Below, piece after piece: positions 48,921 to 60,196 of a DNA stretch of 64,000 nt. Every line of letters starts with the position of its first letter. Positions within the stretch are counted from its first letter, which is position 1. The notes beneath the pieces were generated by a model. That model was not told the origin of the DNA and did not search any database. It worked only from the letters and a program-made list of their open reading frames with translations. The stretch is from Malacoraja senta (Eukaryota). A program made the position numbers and the translations under genes. Location: positions 12,898,001 to 12,962,000 of the forward strand of contig CM075988.1 of the NCBI GenBank assembly GCA_038087875.1. The letters are read 5' to 3'.

Positions 48921-49725
48921 ATTTAATACAGAAAACTGTGAGGTATTTCATTTTGGGATGTCAAACAAGGGCATGACTTACACAGTAAATGGTAGGCCTC
49001 TGGGTAGTGTTGTAGAGCTGAGGGATCTAGGAGTACAGGTGCATCGTTCCTTGAAGGTCGAGTCGCAAGTAGATAAGGTGGTCAAAAAGGCTTTTGGCAT
49101 TTTGGCCTTCATCAGTCAGAGTATTGAGTATATAAGTTGGGAAGTCATGTTGCAGTTGTATAAGACGTTGGTGAGACCGCATTTAGAATATTGTGTTCAG
49201 TTCTGGGCACCATGTTATAGGATAGATATTGTCAAGCTTGATATTGGTTCTGAAAAGATTTACGAGGATGTTGCCAGGATTAGAGGGTGTGAGCTATCGG
49301 GAGAGGTTGAGTAGGCTGGGTCTCTATTCCATGGAGCACTGGTGAATGAGGGGAGATCTTATGGAGGTATAAAAAATCATGAGAGGAATAGATGCATAGA
49401 GTCTTTTGCCCAGAGTAGGGGAATCGAGGACCAGAGGACATAGGTTCAAGGTGAAGGGGAAAAGATTTAATAGGAATCCGAGGGGTAACTTTTTCACACA
49501 AAGGGTGGCGGGCATATGGAATAAGCTGCCAGAGGAGGTAGTTGAGGCTGGAACTATTCCATTGTTTAAGAAACAATTAGACAGGTGCATAGATAGGACA
49601 GGTTCAGAGGGATATGGACCAAGCGCAGGCAAGTGGGATAATGTAGCTGGGACATTGTTGGCCGGTGTGGGCGAGTTGGGCCTAAGGGCCTGTTTCCACA
49701 CTGTATCACATGACTCTATGACTCT
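48921..49725 (+). mobile_element. CR1 ORF2 C-terminus + 3'UTR
   Basis: LYKTLVRPHLEYCVQFWAP; RTRGHRFK...FFTQRVAGIWNKLPEEVV; tail tgactctatgactcta. Confidence 0.95.
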
Positions 49726-50209
49726 AAATACACCCATAGTGTCAACCATGAGAATTATGTTATATTGTTGGTGATTGTTTTTAATACAGCAATGAGAGAG
49801 TGATACATCTAGTTTCAGTCATGATACAAATAAATACAGGCCAGATATTACTCATGGTGTCCACTCTTGCTTGTGGAAAGCACACATGTTTGGGCAGGCC
49901 CAATCAATCAAAATCCGAGCCATTCTTCTCCACCAAAATTCTTTAAAGCACACTAAAGCAGACTTTAAAAATGCCTTATCAGAAAATCTTTACAAGATAA
50001 TAGACGATGCAATGGCTTAATATCCCATTAAATAGTTTATCTGAAAAGAAAAATGTAAAATTAAGATTAGAAGGAAAATACTAATTACTAAACTTCTGTT
50101 AAGTATTGCGTTATATTTCCAAAATTTTACCGAGAGAAAATATATTGATTCGTCTTGCCCCAAGACAGGCAACATTCAAATTTCTCCTTCAAACAGAAGC
50201 CCCGAAGTG

Positions 50210-50332
50210 GGTAGGAAGGAACTGCAGATGCTAGTTTAAACCGAAGATAGATGCAAAATGCTGGAGTAACTCAGCGGGACAGGGAGCGTCTCTGGAGATG
50301 AAGAATGGGTGACTTTTCGGGTCGAGACCCTT
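50210..50332 (-). mobile_element. Penelope-like terminal repeat
   Basis: gtaggaaggaactgcagatgct...gggtgacttttcgggtcgagaccctt. Confidence 0.85.
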
Positions 50333-50439
50333 GCACAGGAGTGGGCTTGCATTAGAACTGAGGAGTCGGGTCTTGATATCCAGCTGGGGTCTGATGTGCA
50401 AATGGAAAGCTCACCCCTGCCACTTCAGTGGAGGCGGGA

Positions 50440-50862
50440 AGCTGCCAGTCTGGTTATTTTTTACAGCATCAGGTGTGTGCACGGAGAAACAAGACTGGGC
50501 TGTTCAAAAGTAAACAGGTGGGGAACATTGAAGGCTTCTTTGTCCCACACCTCTGCAAAGGAATGAAGCAACAGAAACTGCAGGATCTGTCACAGCGTTG
50601 CACAACTTCAGAACTGTCTTTTGTGTAAGTTAACATCATACTTTGAAAGTTGCATAAATGGGAGGTGTTTAAGGATGATATTTTGATGAAGTGTATTTGC
50701 AAATCAGACAAATTGTGCGAGAATATAAAGCTCTCTTCCCATCACCACACCCTATCTCCAGGCAGGTAGGTGCAAGTAAATACTGATCTACCATCAGCAA
50801 GGCTGAACGGAGAGGATTGAACCAGCTCTGAAAATTCACTCTCACCACAACCACAACAGGAG
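50440..50862 (+). promoter_or_regulatory. Candidate TATA promoter and non-coding first exon
   Basis: Forkhead-like GTAAACA 50510, C/EBP-like TTGCATAA 50650, TATAAAG 50724, consensus donor GAG|GTAAGT at 50862/50863; repeat-free island. Confidence 0.4.
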
Positions 50863-51529
50863 GTAAGTCGAACACTGCAGCTTTTACTTAGTAAAGAAAT
50901 GAAATATTTTGTATTATTAAAGTTTAGATATACTCTGAAGAAGCAAATTCAATAATGTGGAAATTGCAGAAAAAAAGATAAGACAAACAGACACAGACTC
51001 CACTAAAGGAGTTATTTCCAGACGGCACTGTCTGGGTTTAATGAATGTAGCCATTATTTTATGACTGATTAGCTTTATATGTGGTCCTTCAGGATGTTCG
51101 TGTTGAACTCAGCAGATAGATTCAGTGGCTTGTTCCAAAATGTATTCACAAGGGGCATTAGTCTAAAAGCATCCAGTAGTTTGAGGAGCTGAGGTATTTA
51201 ATGAATAATCGTGTCATCAAAAATGCAAACACTCTGCTGCTCTGAGTTGTGAATTTTAAGATGAATTGGATTCTTCTTCCAGATGTTGCAAAGCTTAGTG
51301 TTTTACTTCAAAAACAACTTTAAATGTTTTTAGGATATGATGTTGTATTGCATAGAATAATTCCTAATTAATAGTGTAAGGTGCAGAAACAGAGACAGAC
51401 TGGATATATAGTTGAATTTAAACAATCAAGAAAAAGGCTATTAAAAATGCTTTTGGTATTCTTCACTTTAAAAATGGAGACAAAAAAAACTACAAAGGAA
51501 AAATAAATTATATTAAACCCGAAAGAAAC

Positions 51530-51877
51530 GTCAGTTTGAGCCTCACGTTGTAGTGGTTGCAGTGGATGTTTACTAGAATAATAGGCAGGAAAAGCTTCAT
51601 CCAGTACAAGCACCAAAAGGCAGACTAGGGTTTCATTTCCTTCAAACAGGGAAGAGCATGGTGCAGGTGTTGAAAATACCAGAGAGTTTAGATCGTATAA
51701 ACAAGGGGAAACTTTTTCAGTGAACCAGCCATCCGTCACCAGACAAATTATTTAGTTGGCAAACAAACACCAGGTGAGTTGAGGAAATCTTTTTTTACAC
51801 AATGGATTCGTAATGTCTGAAGTACACTGTCTGATATACTGGTGGAAGTAATTGCAACAAAACCCTACTCTTGGAAG
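51530..51877 (+). promoter_or_regulatory. Second candidate promoter/first exon
   Basis: TGTTTAC 51567, TATAAACA 51696, donors CAG|GTGAGT at 51773/51774 and AAG|GTAATC at 51877/51878. Confidence 0.3.
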
Positions 51878-52599
51878 GTAATCAAAACGTTTTTCAGGTA
51901 GACAGATACAGGAGGTTGAATTTAATGGCTTTTCGATGCAAAAGTTAAAACAAAGCATAATCATAAGTGCACATACGTTGTTGTTAAAATAGTTAACAAT
52001 ATTGAGTGAGGGAATGCTAAACTACACAACCCCCTGTTTTCACGGTTAAAGAGAAAGAGACTAATTGGGTAACTCTGAAGAACTGCTGTGTTATTTTTTT
52101 CGTGTATATACATATTTTTATTTAAATATATATTTTACTGCATCACCATGCAACAGAGTATTTTTTATAATTTGTTGAACAAGCTTGAGGGAAAGTTTAA
52201 TTAAATAAAATATATATATTCTGTACCTTAATCTGACTGCAGAAAGACAAAAGGGTTTGGCTTTTCTTTGTTCATAAGATGTGCCTGGCATCACCACTGT
52301 AATGTAAGGGTGGTGAGCAGGTGATGAAAATCATGAGTTGTACAAGACTTTTAGATCTTTGTGAGACGTTGCCCAGTACTTCATTCTGTTAAAAGAGATA
52401 TCAGTGTTTTGTTACTCTCCGATTAGTCATAAGCAGTGATCACAGAAAGCTTATTTCTCAACAGCACTTTAAGTTCAAAATTTAAATTTCACATAACAAT
52501 ACCTGCCAATGGCCATTAAGCAATATGCTATGCACAAAAATCAATTGAAAATGCTGCAAAAGTGGATTGGTTTGCACTTGTTTTGCACTTTTCGCACTA

Positions 52600-53050
52600 T
52601 ATAGGCCATTCAGCCCAACGTGTCTCTGCCAGCTCTCTGGGCAATCCCATCAAATTTATCCCCCCAAATTACCCTGTAACCTGTTCATTCTCAACCATCA
52701 TCTCCACCCTGAGTCTCCTGTCCCCACCTACATTGCAAGTAGTTTTCAGTGACTAATTAATTTGCTAACCAGCACATCTTCAGTTCAGTTCAGTTTAGTT
52801 TATTGTCACGTGCACCGAGGTACAGTGAAAAGCTTTTGTTGCCTGCTAACCAGCCAGCGGAAAGACAATCGAGCCATTCGCAGTGCACAGATACATGAAT
52901 ATCTTTGGGATGGGTGGAAGCCGAACGCAGGGAAACCCACGCAATCAAGTGGAAAAGGAACAAATGTGACTAATACCACACAGATAGCGCTGGAACCCAG
53001 TTCTGGATCCGTGAGACTGAAAGTTCACTGCTGAGCTACTGTGCTGACCA
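52600..53050 (-). mobile_element. Degraded HE1-type SINE with an inserted Rex tail (52780-52900)
   Basis: aggccattcagcccaac...ctaaccagcacatctt, then cagttcagtttagtttattgtcacgtgcaccgaggtacagtgaaaagc. Confidence 0.65.
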
Positions 53051-53334
53051 CAGAGCAAAAACAATCCGGAATCAAAGCAAACTTTAATGACCAGTTTTAC
53101 ATCGCCTTCTTTAATGACCATTTTAGAGTGAAATATCTCATGTAGTATCGTGCTGGATGTTTTCCCACATCAGACATGCACATAATTATGTAAATTATCT
53201 TGACTCGCGTCCGTATCCTTTCCAAGATAAACTGGAGTTTTAACATTCACAACAGGACTGTCGTTTGGAAGTCCATCAAAGTACAAAGCATGCAACCTGC
53301 TGAGGTGTACCTGTTGATATCATTAAATGGCCAT

Positions 53335-53572
53335 TCAACTCCGAGCTGGGTGCTATCTGTGCAGAGTTTGCGCATCCCCCTACAACTGTGTGGATTTCCC
53401 CCGGTTGCTCGGGTTTTCTCCCATTTCCCAAAGACTTGCAGGTTTGTAGGTTAATTGGCCTCTGTAAATTGCCCCTAGTGTTTAGTGGGATAACTAGTGT
53501 GAATGGATGGTACAATGGTCGGTGTGAACTCGATAGGCCAGAGGTCCTATTTTCATGCTGTATCTCGAAAAC
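53335..53572 (+). mobile_element. HE1-type SINE, 5'-truncated
   Basis: gggtgctatctgtgcagagtttg...ccaaagacttgcaggtttgtagg...tgctgtatctc. Confidence 0.85.
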
Positions 53573-53724
53573 AAAGTGGTGTTGTATCTTTGTCAATGTG
53601 TGTGTTTCATACGTATTTTTGTATATCCAGTATTCTTTTCTCTGGCCTGGGCTCCATTGAACCTGACTTGCTTATTAGCCTCTTACCTTATTCAATATCT
53701 CTTTAATGCCTCTTTCACACCTTG

Positions 53725-54577
53725 TGGGTGTGGCGGCCCCTAACGGCAGCGGCTCGACTGCAGTCCATTTGTCTTTTTTTTATTTTTGTCTCGTTAAATG
53801 TAGTTGTTTGTGGTTTTATTTATACTGTTTTTAACTGTGTATATGTGTGGGGGGGGAGGGGGAAACTTAAAAAAATCTCTTCCCTGTACAGGAGACCCGA
53901 CTTTTTCCCTGTCGGGTCTCCGTTGTCGTTGGGGCCTAGCTCCGTGGAGCGGCCTCCGACCGGGACGACCTGGGGGCTCCAGTCGCGGAGCCTGCGGAGC
54001 TGCGGACTTACCATCGTGGGGCTGGCCGTCCTCGGAGCGTGAGGAGCGGTGGTGGCTCGCTGCTGCGGCCCGACTCCGGAGCTCAAGCTGCAGACTGGTG
54101 GACAGTGATATCGGGAGCTCGCGGGTCCGGGTGAGAGACCGCTTTCCAGAGCTCCCGCAACGCAACTTCTCCCGCCCGTGTCGCGGGGTTGGAACGACCC
54201 GGAGCGGGGCCGTAAATCGCCCGGCACGGCTTTAATGGCCGCGGGACATTCCAGCGCCCGCCAGGGGCTCCAACTTGTGACTTTTGGGCCCGGAGTGAGG
54301 CAGTACACCGCCGGGTGCGGCCTCAACGGCCGTGCGACTTAACATTGCCCGCCTGGGGCTTCAACATCGGGAGAAAAATGGTGCAGGGGAGAGAAAAGAC
54401 TTTGCCTTCCATCACAGTGAGGAGGAGATTCACTGTGATGGATGTTTTTCTGTAAATTGAATTGTTGTGTGTCGTGTAGGAATTGTTTTGTTTGTATGGC
54501 TGTGGAACCGGAGTTTCGTTTGAGCCTCTTTGAGGTTCAAATGACAAGAATAAAATCTAATCTAATCTAATCTAATC
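53725..54577 (+). mobile_element. GC-rich non-autonomous retroposon with Rex-type tail
   Basis: No RT coding; CpG-rich body; hairpin TCCATCACAGTGA/TCACTGTGATGGA; terminal stem-loop tttgagcctc-ttt-gaggttcaaa, then aataaa and (tctaa)n. Confidence 0.75.
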
Positions 54578-55671
54578 AAAGAACTGTGGGGCACTCAGTT
54601 CTGAGGCTTTCCCTCCTTTTGAGCAGTCATCAAGTCTGTTTCTGTTGTGTGGCTGCCTTGGGAAGGGTGTTGTCAAAGACTGACAATTGTTAATTTTAGA
54701 TGCACAACAATCTGGCAACAGATAAATTGTGAGTATTCTCATAGGCAACCAATCAGACCAGAGCCAGACTCATGATAAAGCTGTTGCATGAGTTGGAGTC
54801 AATTTCCTAATCTTATTTGAATAACCTATGAGACTAACTCAACACACCAGCTTGTTTCAGTGCAGTGTAAATAAACTGTGCCCTAATTTCTGGGCAGCCA
54901 TATCTCAGGCCTTAACACTAAGCAGGGAATGACCACATGTGGTACAGATGTATCTCTGGTGAGTTATACTGTATATGTTGATTGTTTTATTACTACAGCA
55001 GGGGCAATGTAAGGTATTCAAATATTCAGACAAGTTCTCGCTCGTTGGACTTCGATCCTATGTTATTCTCAGTTGAAGCATAGGAACCACCTTTCAAAAA
55101 TGTTTCTTCGAATCATAGAATCCTGCAACACGGAAACATGCCTTTCGGCCCAACTTCCCCATCTACATTCTCCTGCCCACCCATAGCCCTCTAAACCTTT
55201 CTATCCATCCTATCCATGTACCCGTCCAAATGTCGTTCTCGTGTTCTTGAATGTTCCAATTGCTTCTCATGATAAACAAAGTGAGGAAAATTAGTTCCAA
55301 TTTAATTTCCGTTGAGAGCTCTGTTTTTGCCCATTAACAAAACTTTCTTTCAATGTTAGTGATCTCTTTTAATAACTCGATAATATGAACATTGTTTCGA
55401 TTGTGTAGCTAATGTTTCGCATCAAGGGTAGTAGGAAGAGGGAAATATGAGTGTAGTTTTTCAACAGTTGAGTAACTTCCTTTGCCAGTCAGTCCAGAAG
55501 TATTTCACTTATTTGTGGAATTAATGTCTTCCCAACACCCCTAACGCTGAACGGCAGATCCACTGTTCTTAGACAGTCCTTTGGGACAGAGTCTCTCTGC
55601 TCTCTTGCTCTGGGCTCTGATTGATAAAACTAATGTGGGAATTTTAGTCTCCTCCAAAAATGGGGCAGAAA

Positions 55672-55912
55672 ATAGACAATAGACAATAGGTGCAGGAGTA
55701 GGCCATTCGGCCCTTCGAGCCAGCACCGCCATTCAATGTGATCATGGCTGATCATCCACAATCAATCAGTACCCCGTTCCTGCCTTCTCTCCATATCCCT
55801 TAACTCCCCTATCCCTAAGAGCTTTATCTAACTCTCTCTTGAAAGCATCCAGAGAACCAGCCTCCACTGCCCTCTGAGGCAGAGAATTCCACACACTCGC
55901 AACTGTGTGAAA
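55672..55912 (-). mobile_element. CR1 3' end
   Basis: (agacaat)n tail, then ggtgcaggagtaggccattcggcccttcgagccagc. Confidence 0.92.
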
Positions 55913-55929
55913 AATTTGTGATAAGATGG

Positions 55930-56232
55930 GGAATTAGTGAGGTGGTGCACTCCTTCCTTCGCTTATGCAGGATTTATGTGTGTTTCCGATGTGAAGACTT
56001 GAGGTTTGAAGTACCCTAAATGTTCCTCCTTCGTTTTGGAGTGGCCTTGGGCCAAGAATTTTCAGGAGTCAGGAGAGACGTTGCACTTTTCCATGCAGAT
56101 TTTGAGCACATCCTTGCATCTCTTCCTCTGCCCAGTGGGTCACCTCTTCCTATGTCACAGCTCATCACAGAGTCTCTGTTTCAGGAATCTGATGCTTAGC
56201 TTGCAAACAGTGTGGCCTGCCCAACTGAGTGT
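55930..56232 (-). mobile_element. Decayed RTE-clade LINE fragment
   Basis: Minus frame LSWAGHTVCK...RFLKQRLCDEL*HRKR*PTGQRKRCKDVLK resembles the RTE C-terminal motif LRWAGH...R.PKQ....EL..GKR..G.QRKR.KD.LK. Confidence 0.75.
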
Positions 56233-57009
56233 CGACAGATATTGTCCTGGGAGAGGGTTGTGACGTCGGTTCACTTATCTTTCCTGTACATTTTGACGAT
56301 TTTGAAACATAGGTAGTATATTTCATGTAGCGTTCGGTCCCTGCTGTAGATAGTCCACCACACAAAGACACACAACAGGGGAAGAAGCACTGTTGGCCAT
56401 TAGATCATGAGCTTTATGAGAGATCCAACACCTTTATGTTAAAACTCATTTTCCTCAATTGACCAAAGACTGCTGCTGCATTAAAGGTGGTGGTGAATTT
56501 CATCAATGATAGTTGCTTTAGCAGAGAAGTGGCTCCTGAGATTAGCCTCAGTGAACAAATCAACAATGGATGGAAGTTTGGCTTTTGAGTGTATATATAC
56601 TGTATATACACAAATTAGAAATGTCTGCTTATACAACTTCACCAATTCTGGGTGACTTTGGTTTGGAAGTGTAATGGCTGCAGTTGAACCATTTCCTGAA
56701 GATTAGTTCTAAAGATCAGTTCTACTCCTTGTGAAGTTTGTCAGAGGTGGGGTACGATATTGTAGTGGGAAAGACTGAGAAAAGTCGCAGTGCTGTAGCC
56801 TGTTCGACACTGGTCTCAATTGAGATCAGCTTAGTTATAGATGTAGACATAGGAACTGCAGATGCATGGTTTATAATTTTTTTTTTAAAGTGCTGCAGTA
56901 AGTTGGTTGGTTAGGCAGCATCTCTGGAGGACACGAATAGGTACCGTTTCAGGTTGTGACCCTCTTTCCAACTGCATTCTGCAGTGTGAAGATTTGACTG
57001 GGCACGCTC

Positions 57010-57200
57010 TGAGACTGTGTGGCTTTTCTCCGGGTGCTCCGGTTTCCTCCCACACTCCAAATGCGTACAGGTTTGTAGGTTAATTGGCTTCTATAAATTG
57101 TAAATTGTCCCTAGTGTTAGTGTACAGGGTGATCGCTGGTCGGCGTAAACTCGATGGGCCGAAGGGCCTGTTTCCACACTGTATCTCTAAAGTCTAAACT
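57010..57200 (+). mobile_element. HE1-type SINE 3' portion
   Basis: ttttctccgggtgctccggtttcctcccacactccaa...gggccgaagggcctgtttccacactgtatctctaaagtctaaa. Confidence 0.92.
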
Positions 57201-57727
57201 TTGTTTGCATGCTATCCAGTCAAGTCATACAAGTCATCAAGTGATTACACAGTACAACAGAGAGTTGCAAAGAGAAATATACCAGGGCATGCATGTAAAC
57301 TGCAATCAAATCACTGAGTGGTAATCAAGAATATGAATCTTAGCCTGAGGTAAAAGGAAGCTTTCATTTGCATCGTTTCCATTGTTTTGCCCATAAACAG
57401 GTCAGCCCATAACCTTTAGCAAAAATATTCAAATGTACTGTAGTCCATATTAACAGGGCAGGTGCGAAGGTGTGACTATCTTTTTACAAGTGAATCATCA
57501 AGAACACCTCAACTTTTGTTGCCTCGCAAGTCAGATTATGTGTTGAACTCCTTTAGACATTAAAGATACTGCGCGCAAATAGGCACTTTAGTGCCAACGT
57601 GTGATCCTACAAAATATACAATTTTACCTAAGCCAATTAACCTACAAACCAGTACGTCTTTGCAGTGTTGGAAAAAATACTTTGTTATGGAGCTAACCCT
57701 TGTTAGCCAAATTGTTGCCATTCCAAG

Positions 57728-57962
57728 GTACACAAAAATGCTGGAGAAACTCAGCGGGTGCAGCAGCATCTATGGAGCGAAGGAAATAGGCAACGTTTCG
57801 GGCCGAAACCCTTCTTCAGGCAAGATGTCGGCCCGAAGAAGGGTTTCGGCCCGAAACGTTGCCTATTTCCTTCGCTCCATAGATGCTGCTGCACCCGCTG
57901 AGTTTCTCCAGCATTTTTGTGTACCTTCGATTTTCCAGCATCTGCAGTTCCTTCTTTAACAC
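57728..57962. mobile_element. Very young Penelope-like inverted-pair insertion with 16-bp TSD
   Basis: TSD TTGTTGCCATTCCAAG at 57712-57727 and 57963-57978; perfect 93-bp inverted arms 57725-57817 and 57835-57927. Confidence 0.95.
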
Positions 57963-58910
57963 TTGTTGCCATTCCAAGTGGGCAGATAAATAAATAAATC
58001 TCGAGTTCTCTAATTGTTTCTAAAGGGACAATAGCAACATTTAGAAGGCATTTTGACAGAAAATCATGAACAGTTGGAGGGATATAGACAATATGCTGAT
58101 AAATGTGCAGTTTAAATTGACATCTTGATTGCCAAAGACATCTCGGGCTGAAGGGCCTGTTCCTGTGCAATGCTGTTGTATTGTTGTCGGTAGCTGATGA
58201 AATGGCTCAATAAATCATAGTCATTACATGAGCGAGGATGTGGTTAAGATACTGTGAAATAAGAGTTCCTCGTGTCATGGTCTGTCAGGATGTTGCAAAA
58301 GTGTTCGTTACTTTTATTATATTTTTTTGCTGAAATCATAACCACCTTGTGAAAGTACATTTTCACATTAGAATTAACAAACAGGACATCCCTATAAATG
58401 CATTAATGAGGCTCTTCTCCACAGACTGCAGGTGACCTGAGCATTTTTTACCAGGCAAGTACAGGAGTTATAATCTATTGCTTACTCATGGCTGTGAGAG
58501 ACTGAATTTGTTTTCAAGTTGATAATAAATGACTATAGTGCCATAGTGAGATTTTCACACTCTCATTCAGAAGCCTGGACAAAGGATGCAAACACAATAG
58601 TATCTTTTACCATAGTAATTCTGTTCAATAAATAAAACAGAAAGTCTGAGCAGATAGAGCAGTATGAAGAATAACTCAGTACTTTGGGCAAAAGCCAGGC
58701 ACAAGGCAAAAACCCCAAATGGACAATGAAGTACTTGATACATAGGTAGGCACACCAGTAAGCCATCAAGGTCAAGAACAGCTCTATTTGTGAACAGGGC
58801 TTTACCAAGAGCTTGTAGCCTATCCTTTCCAGCTTGGTCAAGTAAGCAGGTTTGCTCAGAATATCTATGGGATTCAATCATCCAGTGGCATCATTTGGAG
58901 CCTGGGCCAG

Positions 58911-59393
58911 AGACAATAGACAATAGGTGCAGGAGTAGGCCATTCAGCCCTTTGAGCCAGCACCGCATTCACTGTGATCATGGCTGTTCATACACAATCA
59001 GTACCCCGTTCCTGGCCTTCTCCCATATCCCTTGACTCTGCTATCTTTAAGAGCTCTATCTAACTCTCTCTTGAAAGCATCCAGAGCATTGGCCTCCACT
59101 GCCTTCTGAGGCAGAGAATTCCACAGATTCACAACTCTCTGAATGAAAATGTTTTTTCTCATCTCCACTCTAAATGGCTTACCCCTTATTCTTAACTGCA
59201 GCCCCTGGTTCTGGACTCCTCCAACATTGGGAACATGTTTCCTGCCTCTAGCGTGTCCAATCCCTTAATAAGATTCCCTCTCACCCTTCTAAATTCCAGT
59301 GTATACAAGCCCAGTCATTCCACTCTATCAACATATGACAGTCCTGCCATCCTGGGAATTAACCTTGTGAACCTATTCCACACTCCCTCAATA
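58911..59393 (-). mobile_element. CR1 3' portion
   Basis: Minus frame begins IEGVWNRFTRLIPRMAGLSY; ends in (agacaat)n tail. Confidence 0.93.
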
Positions 59394-59650
59394 CCTGGGG
59401 TCAATCCTGACCTTGAATGCTGTTTGTATTCTCCCTGTGACCACATGGGTTTCCTCCAGGTGCTCTGGTTTCCTCCACATCCCAAAATCATGCAGGTTTG
59501 TAATTGGCCTCCTTTAATTGTTCTTGTTGTGTAGGGAGTGGATGAGAAATTGGGAAACATAGAACTAGTTAGAACGGGTGATCGATGGTCGGCGTGGACT
59601 CAGTAGGTCAAAGGGCCTGTTTTGATGTTATATCTCTAAACTAAACTAAA
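59394..59650 (+). mobile_element. HE1-type SINE lacking ~50 nt of its head
   Basis: Starts cctggggtcaatcctgacc; tail ctctaaactaaactaaa. Confidence 0.88.
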
Positions 59651-60045
59651 GAGGGGATCTTATAGAAATATATAAAATTCTTAAGGGATTGGACAGGCTA
59701 GATGCAGGAAAAATGATCCCCATGTTGGGAGAGTCCAGAACCCGGGGTCACGGTTTAAGAATATGGGGTAGGACAATTGGGACTAAGATGAGGGAAACAT
59801 TTTTCACCTAGAGAGTTGTGAATCTGTGGAATTCGCTGCCACAGAACGCAGTGGAGACCAATTCACTGGATGCTTTCAAGAAAGAATTAGATTTAGCTCT
59901 CAGGGCTAAAGGAATCAAGGGATATGGGGAGAAAGCAGGAACGGGGGACTGATTTTGGATGAGTAGACATGATCATATTGAATGGAGGTGCTGCCTCAAA
60001 GGGCTGAATGGCCTACTCCTGCACCTATTTTCTATGTTTCTATGT
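59651..60045 (+). mobile_element. CR1 3' end
   Basis: gaggggatcttatagaaa...ggcctactcctgcacctattttctatgtttctatg. Confidence 0.92.
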
Positions 60046-60196
60046 GTCTACAACCAGGGTGGTGGGTGTATGGAACGGGCTGCTAGAGGAAGGAGTTGAG
60101 GCAGGGACTATCGTAACACTTAAGAAGCAATTAGACAGGTACATCGATAGGACAGGGTTAGAGTGACGTGGGCCAAATGCAGAGACTAGTGTAGCT

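Noticed and set aside
51810..51845. Resemblance to miR-200/141 family sequence (acactgtctg)
   Set aside because: The seed TAACACTG/TAATACTG is not matched and I see no convincing precursor hairpin.
53722..54326. Overlapping 106-168 aa ORFs on both strands
   Set aside because: Expected from high GC content in a non-coding retroposon body; no domain motifs.
58563..58881. Two overlapping 104-aa minus-strand ORFs
   Set aside because: No recognisable homology, no supporting splice or promoter context, and length within chance expectation.
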